Shown here in pieces: positions 1 through 10,058 of a DNA stretch of 64,000 bases (its first letter is position 1; the number at the start of each line of letters is the position of its first letter). Below the pieces are notes generated by a model that saw nothing but the letters and a program-made list of their open reading frames with translations, had not been told where the DNA came from and did not search any database. Source of the stretch: an uncultured Gammaproteobacteria bacterium (GTDB lineage Bacteria; Patescibacteriota; Patescibacteriia; Magasanikbacterales; UBA922); the NCBI GenBank assembly GCA_964522405.1, contig CAZFTR010000005.1, positions 7,747 through 71,746 of the forward strand, read 5' to 3'. A program made the position numbers and the translations under genes.

Positions 1-2
1 AG

Positions 3-1091
3 CAGATTATTGAACCTGAATTAAGTCTGGAGAGTTATATTATCCAAGAAGGAGATACTTTTGCTACCATTTTTGAGAGTTTTGGAATTGGCTATTCAGA
101 TATGTTGGCAATATTGGATGTATCGTCTTCAACCTATGATTTCACTAGTGTCAGACTTGGTAGGGAATTGAGGTACAATATCAGCGAGGGAATATTAAAT
201 AGGCTTGAATATGATATTGACACAGAAGAAATGGCAATAGTTGAATACATTGGGGATGAATACCAGTCGTACAGAGAAGATATTGAATATAAGATTGAAC
301 AAGTAGTTGCCAAAAATAGTATAGAATCATCACTTTTTGAGTCAGCAGCAGGTGCTGGAGTAGATGAAGCTACAATCCTAGATTTGGCTGCTATTTTAGC
401 TTGGGAAATAGATTTTGCAACAGAAATTCAAGAAGGGGACAGTTATATTTTTGTTTATGATAAAAGATACAGAGATGGTGAACTGGGTCCATCAGGATTT
501 ATACATGCGATCAAATTCATAACTAGTGGCCGTGAACATTATGGGTTTTATTTTGAGTCAGATGATGGCGAAGTAAAAGGATATTTCAATGAAAAAGGTG
601 AATCATTGATTAAGCAGTTTCTAAAAGCGCCACTTAGATTCTCTAGAATTACTTCAGGATACTCTTATGCGCGTTTTCATCCTTCATTGGGGAGGACAAC
701 ACCTCATAGGGCAATAGATTATGGGGCGCCGCTTGGTACTCCGATTATGACTGTGGGGGATGGTACTGTCACATTTGTTGGCTGGAATGGTGGGTATGGG
801 AAAATGGTTACAGTTCATCATAATGATGTTTATACAACCAGATATGCGCATATGACTAGTTATGCAAAAGGGATCAAAAATGGAACCAGAGTAGAACAGG
901 GAGATATTATTGGTTATGTTGGCTCTACGGGTTTTTCTACAGGACCTCATCTTCACTATGAGATAAAAAAACATGGAACGTTGGTAAATCCACTCAAAAT
1001 AGAGCTTCCTAGTGGTGATCCCATACCTGAGCAGTATTTGGGTGATTTTGAGGCTAAGAAGGCTAAATTTATGCCATTTTTGGCCGAGTAG
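3..1091 (+). CDS. M23 family peptidoglycan DD-metalloendopeptidase (MepM-like), 5'-truncated
   Basis: HRAIDYG (HxxxD) and STGPHLHYE (HxH) M23 motifs; frame is open back to the window start. Confidence 0.9.
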   Translation, partial: QIIEPELSLESYIIQEGDTFATIFESFGIGYSDMLAILDVSSSTYDFTSVRLGRELRYNISEGILNRLEYDIDTEEMAIVEYIGDEYQSYREDIEYKIEQVVAKNSIESSLFESAAGAGVDEATILDLAAILAWEIDFATEIQEGDSYIFVYDKRYRDGELGPSGFIHAIKFITSGREHYGFYFESDDGEVKGYFNEKGESLIKQFLKAPLRFSRITSGYSYARFHPSLGRTTPHRAIDYGAPLGTPIMTVGDGTVTFVGWNGGYGKMVTVHHNDVYTTRYAHMTSYAKGIKNGTRVEQGDIIGYVGSTGFSTGPHLHYEIKKHGTLVNPLKIELPSGDPIPEQYLGDFEAKKAKFMPFLAE

Positions 1092-1151
1092 TTGACATTT
1101 TTATAGATATTTGATAGTATATATCCACTATATTTAGTAATAAGGAATTTT

Positions 1152-1307
1152 ATGTCACAAGACAACATGATTAAACTTGAGTGTACTGAATGTAAACGTG
1201 TAAATTATTTTTCTAGAAAAAATAAAAAAACCAACAAAGATCGCCTTGAACTTATGAAGCATTGTGATCATTGTGGAAAACATGTTTTGCACAAAGAAAC
1301 CAAGTAA
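1152..1307 (+). CDS. rpmG: 50S ribosomal protein L33, zinc-binding form (51 aa; below ORF-track cutoff)
   Basis: Translated by hand: [51 protein letters not shown], two CxxC pairs and L33 pattern. Confidence 0.95.
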   Translation: MSQDNMIKLECTECKRVNYFSRKNKKTNKDRLELMKHCDHCGKHVLHKETK

Positions 1308-1313
1308 ACTATA

Positions 1314-1340
1314 ATAACTCCCAATGGGGGTTATTTTTTT
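1314..1340 (+). terminator. Intrinsic terminator after rpmG
   Basis: ataactccc-caat-gggggttat hairpin followed by T-run. Confidence 0.7.
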
Positions 1341-1353
1341 ATTTAAAAACAAT

Positions 1354-2211
1354 ATGAATTTTTTTAAGCATCTATACAACAGCAGTTGGAATTTTACATG
1401 GCTAAATGAAATCAAAGATAAAAAGGGAAGGTCCTGGGGATATTTCTTTTTATTTATATTCTTGCTTTCGGTTTTTATCCTAATCCCTTATTTTTGGAAA
1501 GGTCCGGCAATTCTTGATGAGCTTTCTGTGACAATTGAAGAAAACTTGCCAGTATTTACCGCAGAGTTCGAAGACGGTGAATTATCTGTGAGAGATTTGG
1601 ATCAGCCATTTATTTTGAGCAATCTTGAGGAAGATAGTGATGAAATGTTCCAAACAGAAATAAATGAATTTTTATTGTATATAGATACTGAGACTACCAG
1701 TACTTTGGATTTCAAAGAAATAATGGAGCAAAAAAATGCCACAAATGGTGTTTTGGTAACTAGAACATATGTTGAAATATATGAAGAGGATGGAAGTTCA
1801 GAATCACAGGATTTTTCAGACATGGATGATGTAAGTTTTACAAACGAAGATGTTTCAACTGTGATAGATAAAATTAAGGGTCCGCTCATGTATATTGGAT
1901 CAGTGCTCGCAGTTGTTTTGGTATTTATCGGCTTAATAATTGGTAAATTGATATACTTATTGATTTATTCACTTATGATATTTGCAATTTCAGCGGTAGC
2001 TAAAAAAGGCTGGAGTTTTGATGAGATTTATACTCTTGGTTTGAGTGCGGTTATACTTCCATCAGTTGCTAAGTTGATTTTGGGATATTTTGGGGTTAAG
2101 TTGCCATTTGTCTATACAGTGATATTTTTGATACTTGTTATTGGAACGATATTCACTCAGAACCATGCTAGTAGTAAGGGTGTAGAGGAAGTGAGGCCAG
2201 AAGAGATATAA
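1354..2211 (+). CDS. DUF1189-like multi-pass membrane protein
   Basis: N-terminal TM, acidic extracytoplasmic loop, several C-terminal TMs; family call from overall architecture only. Confidence 0.55.
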   Translation: MNFFKHLYNSSWNFTWLNEIKDKKGRSWGYFFLFIFLLSVFILIPYFWKGPAILDELSVTIEENLPVFTAEFEDGELSVRDLDQPFILSNLEEDSDEMFQTEINEFLLYIDTETTSTLDFKEIMEQKNATNGVLVTRTYVEIYEEDGSSESQDFSDMDDVSFTNEDVSTVIDKIKGPLMYIGSVLAVVLVFIGLIIGKLIYLLIYSLMIFAISAVAKKGWSFDEIYTLGLSAVILPSVAKLILGYFGVKLPFVYTVIFLILVIGTIFTQNHASSKGVEEVRPEEI

Positions 2212-2244
2212 AATTAATAATTTTATTTAGTTAATATAAAATAT

Positions 2245-3066
2245 ATGGGCGAGATAAAATCATCAGGGGAATATTCTATGGGTGGAGATGGTGCAGGTTC
2301 GGCTGGAGGAGATCGAAGAGAAAAAACTTTTAAATTATTCAAGGAAGGTGAAGTCATGCCTAATCATGAGCAATATCTAAATATGGCAAGAGATCTGAGG
2401 AATATGCCATCCCAGGCTTGGTATGATGAAGCAACAAAAAAACCAGAAGTTTTGGAAAAACTGGAGAATATGCAAGCTGCTTTGGCGCGTGCTTCAAATG
2501 TTTCAGATAGGAATACTGCGGCTGAATTTTTTTTAAAAAGGGCCGGATCAGGTGATATAGCGCATGCACAAGCAGCGACAGAGGGATTTAAGACCTATTT
2601 AGAGCATGGATTTAGAATCCAAGAGGATCCACATAAGTATGGTGTGGAGAAAAAAGATGTTCCTAAAATACTAGAGGCGCAAGCTGGGCACACTGCTAAT
2701 CTTCAGCATGAATTATATGTTGATGCTTCTAGTGCGCCTGCTGAAGAAAGAGATGGGGCAATTGAATTAAATGATAGTTTTTTTCAATACAGTTTAGATT
2801 TTTCTGCAAGAGAAGATACGGTTTTGCCAGCCTTTGGGCCAGGTAAGCCAAATAGTTGTTTTCGCAAAATTTTTGATGGTTTGAAAAGGGATTGGGATTC
2901 TATGGTAGAGCATGCAAAAAGAGGTGGAGAAGATGCTGAAAGAGCAAAAAACAGGTTAAGTGTTTTAAGGAGAAACAAAGAAGCTATGAGTGAATTTTTG
3001 AGTGGAAATGAAAAGTTAAGAGAGCTAGTAGATGATTTGCCTGAGAATTGGGAAGACGTGGAATAA
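2245..3066 (+). CDS. Hypothetical protein
   Basis: 273-aa ORF followed by a terminator-like hairpin (3076-3104). Confidence 0.7.
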   Translation: MGEIKSSGEYSMGGDGAGSAGGDRREKTFKLFKEGEVMPNHEQYLNMARDLRNMPSQAWYDEATKKPEVLEKLENMQAALARASNVSDRNTAAEFFLKRAGSGDIAHAQAATEGFKTYLEHGFRIQEDPHKYGVEKKDVPKILEAQAGHTANLQHELYVDASSAPAEERDGAIELNDSFFQYSLDFSAREDTVLPAFGPGKPNSCFRKIFDGLKRDWDSMVEHAKRGGEDAERAKNRLSVLRRNKEAMSEFLSGNEKLRELVDDLPENWEDVE

Positions 3067-3133
3067 ATATGTCTAAATCAACCCCTTGGGGGGTTGATTT
3101 TTTTATGATTTTAGTGTATAGTATTCGAACTAT

Positions 3134-3204
3134 GGGCGTGTCGGTTAATGGTAAACCACGGGTCTCCAAAACCCGAACTGGGAGTTCGATTCTCTCCACG
3201 CCTG
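3134..3204 (+). tRNA. tRNA-Trp (CCA), canonical, G73, CCA end not encoded
   Basis: Cloverleaf: GGGCGTG/CACGCCT acceptor, GGTT/AACC D stem, CGGGT-CTCCAAA-ACCCG anticodon arm, GGGAG-TTCGATT-CTCTC T arm. Confidence 0.95.
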
Positions 3205-3301
3205 CTAAAAATACTAGTTTTACTACTAGTATTTTGTTTGTATAGAAATAGTTTTTCTGATATCATAATAGTATAAATTTAACTAATTTTAATATAAAAA
3301 T

Positions 3302-3670
3302 ATGGGAAAAAAAGTTTTAGTCATCGAAGATGATATTATCCTGAGAAAGGCAATAGTAACAGCCCTAAAAGACGCAGAGTTTGATATTTCCGAAGCTCTT
3401 GATGGGGATGAGGGCTTGAGAAAGGCTATTTCAGAAAAGCCAGATCTAATACTTTTAGATCTAATTTTACCAAAAAAGAGTGGTTGGAGTGTTCTTGACG
3501 ACCTAAAAAAGAATGATAAGGTCAAAGATATTCCAGTCTTGGTTCTTACCGTAGTCCCGGCTCTTGAAAGTATAGAGAAGTGTACCAAAATGGGAGCTGT
3601 GGGTTATTTGATAAAATCAGATTATTCTCTAGACGATATTGTCACATCGGTCAAAGAGCATATTTCTTAA
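3302..3670 (+). CDS. Single-domain response regulator (receiver)
   Basis: VLVIEDD, PDLILLDLILP (phospho-Asp), VLVLT, YLIK motifs. Confidence 0.9.
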   Translation: MGKKVLVIEDDIILRKAIVTALKDAEFDISEALDGDEGLRKAISEKPDLILLDLILPKKSGWSVLDDLKKNDKVKDIPVLVLTVVPALESIEKCTKMGAVGYLIKSDYSLDDIVTSVKEHIS

Positions 3671-3680
3671 TTTCAGATTT

Positions 3681-4238
3681 GTGAATTTGAAAAAAATATC
3701 AAAATTTACTTTTTTGTTTTTAGGTTTTTTGACTTTCGTTGGATGTGGATTATTTAGTCCATCAATCAGGCATCATAGTGAGCCTGCCGGAGGCTATCAG
3801 TTTGATGTGCCTTCAAATTGGAAAGCAGCTAAGCCAACTTCTGACCTGCTTTCCACTGATAGTGATGTGGTGGTTTATACAACTTTTATTGTTCCGGAGA
3901 TAAGTGCGTCCAATCAATTGGTGCAAATAGCCGTAGTTAGAAATGCTCAATCATCCAAAAACGCAGTAGAGAAATTTATTAGAGGGGTTGATTGGGATTT
4001 TGCTCTGATTAAAAATGTAAGTAAATACACTGATTTTGAAACAAAATTACCTTCAGAACTAGTCAAGATGCAGGTTCAGGACCTGGAGTGGGATTGGATT
4101 GTCTATGAGCTTGAATCTGGAACTTATGGCCTTGTTCATGGAACCGGTGGATTGAATTTTTCAGATCCTGATGATGTGGTGGATAAATATAGACGAGGTT
4201 TTGATATGCTAATTAAAACTTTTGATAAGTTTGAATAA
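3681..4238 (+). CDS. Putative lipoprotein (start uncertain)
   Basis: Basic-hydrophobic signal ending in FVGC; GTG at 3681 chosen to avoid overlap with the upstream gene. Confidence 0.6.
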   Translation: MNLKKISKFTFLFLGFLTFVGCGLFSPSIRHHSEPAGGYQFDVPSNWKAAKPTSDLLSTDSDVVVYTTFIVPEISASNQLVQIAVVRNAQSSKNAVEKFIRGVDWDFALIKNVSKYTDFETKLPSELVKMQVQDLEWDWIVYELESGTYGLVHGTGGLNFSDPDDVVDKYRRGFDMLIKTFDKFE

Positions 4239-4329
4239 TCCTGATCTTGCTAAAAGTTGCTAACCAGCGACTTTTAGATTACAAAATTCTTGTTTTTTGC
4301 TATAATAACTATATATTTAATTAAATTAT

Positions 4330-4542
4330 ATGGATTTAAGCGTTATTGGTCCACTTTTTGATGTTATAGGTACTCTTATGATTGCCTTTGCTGCTCTTAG
4401 GGTGCATCATCGTGTTTTAAATGAACACAGTATTGATGATCAGGTATTCACGGTTATGAGGCGCGAGCAATTTATTGGTGTTATTGGTGTTTGTTTTGTA
4501 ATTGCTTCGTTTGCTTTACATATGGTAGAGAAATTTCTTTAA
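4330..4542 (+). CDS. Small two-TM hypothetical protein
   Basis: 70-aa ORF with two hydrophobic segments, first gene of an apparent operon. Confidence 0.65.
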   Translation: MDLSVIGPLFDVIGTLMIAFAALRVHHRVLNEHSIDDQVFTVMRREQFIGVIGVCFVIASFALHMVEKFL

Positions 4543-4548
4543 TTTTTT

Positions 4549-5907
4549 ATGCCTGTCAAAAAATATAAAAATGCCTATGTTGTTACAGTGGACATGGGTT
4601 ATGGTCATCAGCGCGCAGCTTATCCGCTCAAGGATATTGCCAGATGCATGACTAGCGGGAAGTGTGGAGAAGATTTTATTATAAATGCCAATACTTACAA
4701 GGGGATTCCGGCAGGTGATGCCGGCAAATGGAAGAGTAGTAGAAGTGTTTATGAATTTATCTCAAGACTAAAAAAATTACCCTTGATCGGTGATCCTATT
4801 TTTAATGCAATGGATTATTTTCAGAGAATTCAGCCTTTTTATCCTAAACGTGATTTATCAAAACCCAGTTTGCAGCTAAAATCTATTTATAAAATGATTA
4901 GAAAAGGTTGGGGAAAGCATTTGATAGATAAATTAAATCAAAATCCTTTGCCGATCATAACCTCTTTTTTCATACCAGCTTTTTTTGCAGATGAGCATGG
5001 TTATGAAGGGGATATTTATGCAATATGTACTGATACAGATGTGAGTCGTGCCTGGGCCCCACTTAACCCAAACAGAAGTAAAATCAATTACCTGGTTCCG
5101 AATAAAAGAGTTCGTGAAAGGTTAAAATTATATGGAGTTAGAAAAGAAAAAATCTTTGTAACCGGTTTTCCGTTACCAAAAGAAAATATTGGTAAAGATC
5201 TAAATATTCTAAAACAAAGTATTGGTTGTAGAATTGGAAATCTAGATCCCAAGCAAAGATATCAGAAAAAATATTCACATACTTTGGATTATTATCTTGG
5301 AGAAAGATACTGCAAGCTTAAAGCAAAACATCCCCTGACTATTACTTTTGCAGTTGGTGGCGCTGGAGCGCAAAGAGATATTGGGGTTACAATTTTGAAG
5401 AGTTTGCATAAATATATTGATAAAGGTGAAATAGCCCTAAATTTGGTGGCTGGTTCAAGATTGGATGTTTATCAATATTATAGAAAAGCGGTAAAAGAGC
5501 TTCATTTCAAAAAGCAACATGGTGGAAATGTGAAAATAATTTATGATGCTCATAAATTGAGATATTTTGGTCAGTTTAATAAAATTCTTCTGACCACTGA
5601 TATACTTTGGACCAAACCAAGTGAATTGTCTTTTTATGCAGGTTTGGGAATTCCTATAATTATGGCTCCGACAATTGGTTCACAAGAAGAATTCAATCGA
5701 TCTTGGTTACACTCTATAAACGCTGGTTTTGAACAAGAAGATCCAGCATATACACATGAATGGTTATTTGATTGGCTTGATTCTGGTTGGCTTGCAGAGG
5801 CTGCAATAGAGGGATTTCTTGATGCGCCTAGAAATGGGGTTTATCATATAGAAGATATTGTCTTACGAGGTGTGCGAAGTGAGATTGAGGATATGCATCT
5901 GCTTTAA
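4549..5907 (+). CDS. GT-B fold glycosyltransferase-like protein (MGDG synthase/MurG-like)
   Basis: N-terminal MGYGHQRAA, VTGFPL, TKPSELSFYAGLGIP and IGSQEEFN resemble GT28-type motifs. Confidence 0.65.
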   Translation: MPVKKYKNAYVVTVDMGYGHQRAAYPLKDIARCMTSGKCGEDFIINANTYKGIPAGDAGKWKSSRSVYEFISRLKKLPLIGDPIFNAMDYFQRIQPFYPKRDLSKPSLQLKSIYKMIRKGWGKHLIDKLNQNPLPIITSFFIPAFFADEHGYEGDIYAICTDTDVSRAWAPLNPNRSKINYLVPNKRVRERLKLYGVRKEKIFVTGFPLPKENIGKDLNILKQSIGCRIGNLDPKQRYQKKYSHTLDYYLGERYCKLKAKHPLTITFAVGGAGAQRDIGVTILKSLHKYIDKGEIALNLVAGSRLDVYQYYRKAVKELHFKKQHGGNVKIIYDAHKLRYFGQFNKILLTTDILWTKPSELSFYAGLGIPIIMAPTIGSQEEFNRSWLHSINAGFEQEDPAYTHEWLFDWLDSGWLAEAAIEGFLDAPRNGVYHIEDIVLRGVRSEIEDMHLL

Positions 5908-5992
5908 TAGTTGACAGTTGACAATTATTAGTTGACAGTTATTGATTGAATAATAAACACTGTAAACTATAAACTGTAAACTGTCCACTATT
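5906..5992. repeat. Heptamer-repeat palindrome (GTTRACA)n...(TGTAAAC)n
   Basis: agttgac-agttgac ... actgtaa-actataa-actgtaa-actgtcc; similar elements recur at least 8 times in the window. Confidence 0.8.
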
Positions 5993-6000
5993 TATTATCT

Positions 6001-6921
6001 ATGCTTTGGTTTATAATCGCACTTATTGGCTATCTGCTACTTGCAGTTGTTTTTGTTTTGGATAAATTAATCCTGACTAAGTCAGTTAGTAAGCCAGTTG
6101 TCTATACATTTTATTCAACCATCATGATGTTTGCTGTAATTGTTGCTTGGCCTTTTGGGGTTGAAATGCTTAATGGAATTGATTGGTTTTGGGCCTTGGT
6201 TTCCGGATTAGCATTTGGTTTTGCTCTCTGGACCATGTTTATAGCTGTAAAAAAAGGAGAAGCAAGCCATATAAATCCTTTCATGGGCGCTGTTATAACT
6301 ATTGCTACCTATATTACTTCCTATCTTTTTTTAGCTGAATCACTTTCACCAGTTCAGATTTGGGGGATTGTTATACTTGTTTTTGCTTCATTTTTATTAT
6401 CTTTTGAAAAAAGCAGAAATGGCAGTGGATTTCATATGGGATTTGTTTGGGCAATTTTGGCGGGTATATTTTTTGCCATTTCTCATGTTAGCGCAAAATA
6501 CCTATATGATATTTATCCTTTTTTGACCGGATTTGTGTGGACCAGATTTACTACTGGTTTTGTGGGATTGATTTGTCTTGCCTATCCAAGTGTTCGTAGA
6601 GTTTTCAAAAAAAAGCAGAAAACAGAAAAAAAACAAAAAAAAATTCCTTATGCCAAAAAACATGCTCTTGGTATTGTGGTTGCCAACAAAGCGATCGGAG
6701 TTGTGGCTGTGATTTTACTTCAGTATGCAATAGCGATAGGAAGTGTAACTCTGGTAAATGCCATGAGTGGCTTACAATATGTTCTGATGTTTTTGTTAAT
6801 TTTTATTTTAACAAAACTTGCGCCAAAAGTGTTTAAAGAGTATTTTACTAAGAGAGAGTTATTGATGCAGACAATTGCCATTATATTGGTTGTGATTGGT
6901 TCGGCCATGTTTGTCTTGTAA
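6001..6921 (+). CDS. EamA/DMT family transporter
   Basis: About 10 TM segments in two repeats; KKGEAS and FLAESLS EamA-type motifs. Confidence 0.8.
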   Translation: MLWFIIALIGYLLLAVVFVLDKLILTKSVSKPVVYTFYSTIMMFAVIVAWPFGVEMLNGIDWFWALVSGLAFGFALWTMFIAVKKGEASHINPFMGAVITIATYITSYLFLAESLSPVQIWGIVILVFASFLLSFEKSRNGSGFHMGFVWAILAGIFFAISHVSAKYLYDIYPFLTGFVWTRFTTGFVGLICLAYPSVRRVFKKKQKTEKKQKKIPYAKKHALGIVVANKAIGVVAVILLQYAIAIGSVTLVNAMSGLQYVLMFLLIFILTKLAPKVFKEYFTKRELLMQTIAIILVVIGSAMFVL

Positions 6922-6925
6922 GTGC

Positions 6926-7040
6926 ATTCGGATTTACGGATAATACTGATTATCCGGATGCTGAGTATGCTTGAATACATAAACATAAATTTAATTAAAG
7001 ATATCCGGATTATCAGGAATTATCTGTATATCAGGATACC
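6926..7040. repeat. Empty inverted pair of the 9-bp-periodic CGGATAATC repeat (MITE-like)
   Basis: attcggatttacggataatactgattatccggatg (6926-6960) and degenerate reverse complement atccggattatcaggaattatctgtatatcaggatacc (7003-7040). Confidence 0.75.
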
Positions 7041-7058
7041 TTCGTGTCAGTATAAATT

Positions 7059-8039
7059 ATGAAATATATAAAAATTTTAATTTTAATTTTAATCTTACTG
7101 TATGTGCTTTTTTGGCTTTTTAGTTTTAAAAAATATCAAGTTAATTATGGTATAAGTTTTAATCAAGATCATGCTGTAGACCTTGGTCTTGATTGGAAAG
7201 AGGTTTATACAGAAATGTTAAATGATTTGAAACCTAAGTATATTCGAGTTGCAGCCATGTGGAGCGATGTTGAAGAAGTGAAAAATCAATATGATTTTTC
7301 AAATGTGGATTTTATGATGGATGAGGCGCAGAAACATGGTGCCAAAGCTGTATTAGTTGTGGGGCAAAAAGCCCCAAGATGGCCTGAGTGTCATGTGCCG
7401 GAATGGTTGGATTATGGGCAAGAAGGATCAAAGCAACATCTTTTGGGCTACGTAGAAAAAACAGTGGAAAGATACAAGAATCATCCAGCACTTGAAATTT
7501 GGCAAGTAGAAAACGAACCATTTATAAGATTTGAATTTGGGAATTGTGAAAATTACGATGAAGAGGCAATATTTGATGAAATAGATCTGGTTCGTTCCCT
7601 GGATTCTGAGCATAAGATCTTGGTTACTGATAGTGGAGAACTTAGCACTTGGTGGAGATCAAGCAAAGCAGGAGATTTGTTTGGTACTACCATGTATCGA
7701 GTTGTCAGAACTCCAAATGGTATGAAAGTGAGTTATGCTTGGATGCCGGCCGGTTTTTACCGACTAAAGGCAGCTCTCTATGGTAGAACTTATAATGATT
7801 ATTTTGTTTCAGAATTACAAGCAGAACCTTGGTTCAATGACTCAAACCCGACTAATACCTCTATTGAGGAACAAGAAAAAACCATGGATCCAACTCGTCT
7901 TAAAAAACATTTTAAATATGTGGAACATGTTGGTACCTCTAGAAGCTACCTCTGGGGTGTAGAGTGGTGGTATTTTATGAAAGAGGTAAAAAATGACAGT
8001 AGATATTGGGATATAGTAAAGGGAAAACTTTCAAATTAA
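7059..8039 (+). CDS. Membrane-anchored clan GH-A glycoside hydrolase (GH5/GH42-like)
   Basis: WQVENEP acid/base motif, VSELQAEPW nucleophile-like motif, N-terminal TM. Confidence 0.75.
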   Translation: MKYIKILILILILLYVLFWLFSFKKYQVNYGISFNQDHAVDLGLDWKEVYTEMLNDLKPKYIRVAAMWSDVEEVKNQYDFSNVDFMMDEAQKHGAKAVLVVGQKAPRWPECHVPEWLDYGQEGSKQHLLGYVEKTVERYKNHPALEIWQVENEPFIRFEFGNCENYDEEAIFDEIDLVRSLDSEHKILVTDSGELSTWWRSSKAGDLFGTTMYRVVRTPNGMKVSYAWMPAGFYRLKAALYGRTYNDYFVSELQAEPWFNDSNPTNTSIEEQEKTMDPTRLKKHFKYVEHVGTSRSYLWGVEWWYFMKEVKNDSRYWDIVKGKLSN

Positions 8040-8623
8040 AAACATCTAATACAAAAAAAGTGTTGTATTTTCTTTTTAAATATTTCAAAACTTTCAAAAA
8101 ATAACACCAAACCAACTATTCCCATAGAAAAAATTACCGGCTGAGTGTTGAATTGAGGTAAGTTGAAATTAAAGATATATGAAATTGAGGGAAGTGCTAA
8201 ACTCCAAACAAAAATTGATAAGAAAATTGAAAATGCTAGATTCGTGAGCATGGATAAGATATTCAAAAAACTGCGTATCAGGAATATGTCAGTTTTTTTT
8301 ATTTTTAAAATTGTTTTTTTGGAAAGCTTATGATTTTTAGCTATTTTCAATACTAAAGAAAAAAATATGGCCAAAAGCCCTATTGCTAGTACCAATAACA
8401 ATAAATCAGCAAAAAAAGCATACCAACTAGGATATTGTTTTTGAATGGCAAAAGATAAGTCTGTATCAATCAAGGTTGAATTTTGGTTAAATCCAAGACT
8501 GGTAATGAATAGCAAACTACCCAAAATCCGCAAGATCCAAATGTAAGTCCTGGATTTCTTTTTTTGTTGGGCGCAAATTAATTTCATATTAAATAGTATA
8601 TAAAATAAAGACATTGTAGACAA
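8036..8623 (-). CDS. Hypothetical membrane protein (start uncertain)
   Basis: 195-aa ORF with about 4 TM segments, very AT-rich. Confidence 0.55.
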   Translation of the reverse strand: MSTMSLFYILFNMKLICAQQKKKSRTYIWILRILGSLLFITSLGFNQNSTLIDTDLSFAIQKQYPSWYAFFADLLLLVLAIGLLAIFFSLVLKIAKNHKLSKKTILKIKKTDIFLIRSFLNILSMLTNLAFSIFLSIFVWSLALPSISYIFNFNLPQFNTQPVIFSMGIVGLVLFFESFEIFKKKIQHFFCIRCF

Positions 8624-8663
8624 ATTTATGATATAATATATTCATTAATTAAATAATAAAAAC

Positions 8664-9851
8664 ATGAAAAAATACAAACGTTTAGAAAAAGATCAGCCCA
8701 TTGTTCATCATCATGGTATTTTTCGTCGCAAATTGAATCTATTCGGGGCTGTGGCACTTATGGTCAGTGGTACAATTGGTGCTGGTGTTCTAGGTATTCC
8801 TTATGCTGTGGCCAAGGTTGGTCTTGGTGTTGGGCTCTTATATATAATTGGTATAGGAATTTTAATGACAGGATTAAACTTGTTGCTCGGCGAAGTAGTT
8901 ATTAGAACCAAACAAAAATTTCAATTATCAGGTTTGGCAAATCGATATTTGGGCAAAGTTGGAGAGTGGGTTATGACTTTTATTGTTTATTCTGCTCTTT
9001 TTGGAATACTTGTAGTTTATATAATTGGTGAGGGTGAAACTCTTTCTACTCTATTCGGTTCAACTCCTCTAGTTTGGAGCCTGGTTTTTTTCTTTGTTGC
9101 TTCAATTATTATAATGCGAGGTATTCGCACTATCAAGACTGTTGAACTTTTTTTGACTTTGGGGATTTTGGCAATAATAGTTTTAATAGCAGTATTTAGT
9201 ACTCCACATATAAGTTTTGATCATCTCAGTTATTCAAATTTAGCTTATCTACTTTTTCCTTACGGTGTTGTCCTTTTTGCTTTTCATGGTACCACTGCTG
9301 TTCCTGAGGCTCATGCGGTTTTGGTCAACAAAAATGCTTTGTTTAAAAAATCACTGATAATTGCTGGAATAGTTACTACGCTTTCTTATTGTCTTTTTGC
9401 TATAGCAGTTGTGGGAGTTACTGGCGCTGAAACTACTGAGATTGCTACAATTGGTTTGGGAAATAAACTCGGCTCGATCATGTTTGTTCTTGGAAATGTT
9501 TTTGCTGCACTTGCAATGGGAACTAGTTTTATTATGGCAGGACTCGCTCTTCGAGATTCTTTTAATTGGGATTTTCATGTAAATAAAAGAGTTTCAAACC
9601 TGATAGTTCTAGGAGTTCCACTTATAATTTTCCTTTTTGGAATCCGTGAATTTATAAAGGCTATAGATTTTGTTGGGGGAGTGCTTGGAAGTTTAGAAAT
9701 GCTTTTGATTATTGCCATTTACTGGAGAGCAAAACAAACTGGAGATGTTTCTCCTGGTAAGTACAAACTTCATCATACGGTTTTATTGGTTGCACTTTTG
9801 ATTATTGCGCTTACGTTTGGAGCAGTCTATAGTATTATTAAGTTGTTTTAA
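8664..9851 (+). CDS. Aromatic amino acid permease-like transporter (HAAAP/TyrP family)
   Basis: GTIGAGVLGIPY TM1 motif, about 11 TMs. Confidence 0.85.
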   Translation: MKKYKRLEKDQPIVHHHGIFRRKLNLFGAVALMVSGTIGAGVLGIPYAVAKVGLGVGLLYIIGIGILMTGLNLLLGEVVIRTKQKFQLSGLANRYLGKVGEWVMTFIVYSALFGILVVYIIGEGETLSTLFGSTPLVWSLVFFFVASIIIMRGIRTIKTVELFLTLGILAIIVLIAVFSTPHISFDHLSYSNLAYLLFPYGVVLFAFHGTTAVPEAHAVLVNKNALFKKSLIIAGIVTTLSYCLFAIAVVGVTGAETTEIATIGLGNKLGSIMFVLGNVFAALAMGTSFIMAGLALRDSFNWDFHVNKRVSNLIVLGVPLIIFLFGIREFIKAIDFVGGVLGSLEMLLIIAIYWRAKQTGDVSPGKYKLHHTVLLVALLIIALTFGAVYSIIKLF

Positions 9852-9856
9852 TTTAA

Positions 9857-9885
9857 TTGACATTGGGCTAGTATTTTGTTAATAT
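9857..9885 (+). promoter_or_regulatory. sigma70-type promoter of metK
   Basis: TTGACA-N17-TAATAT with extended TG. Confidence 0.7.
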
Positions 9886-9891
9886 CATTTT

Positions 9892-10040
9892 AGTTCATGA
9901 AATGGTGTTCTTTGTTGGTCGGTCGTATTTAGCTTTGTTACAAAGCTGGATTACTGCTCAAAAAAGTCCTTTTTCGGCAAAAGCCGAAATATCTATTTCA
10001 ATGAACTCGCCTACACGTCTTTTGGCGAGCAGGCAACGTA
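9892..10040 (+). promoter_or_regulatory. Structured 5' leader of metK (candidate cis-regulatory RNA)
   Basis: AGTTCATGAAATGG pairs with CTATTTCAATGAACT, enclosing AGCTTTG/CAAAGCT and TTTCGGC/GCCGAAA; CTCGCC/GGCGAG hairpin follows. Confidence 0.5.
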
Positions 10041-10058
10041 ATTTTTAACGTTGTTTTT

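Noticed and set aside
5906-5992. GTT/AAC repeats as integron attC sites or a CRISPR array
   Set aside because: Order and consensus do not fit RYYYAAC...GTTRRRY, there are no unique spacers, and no intI or cas gene is present
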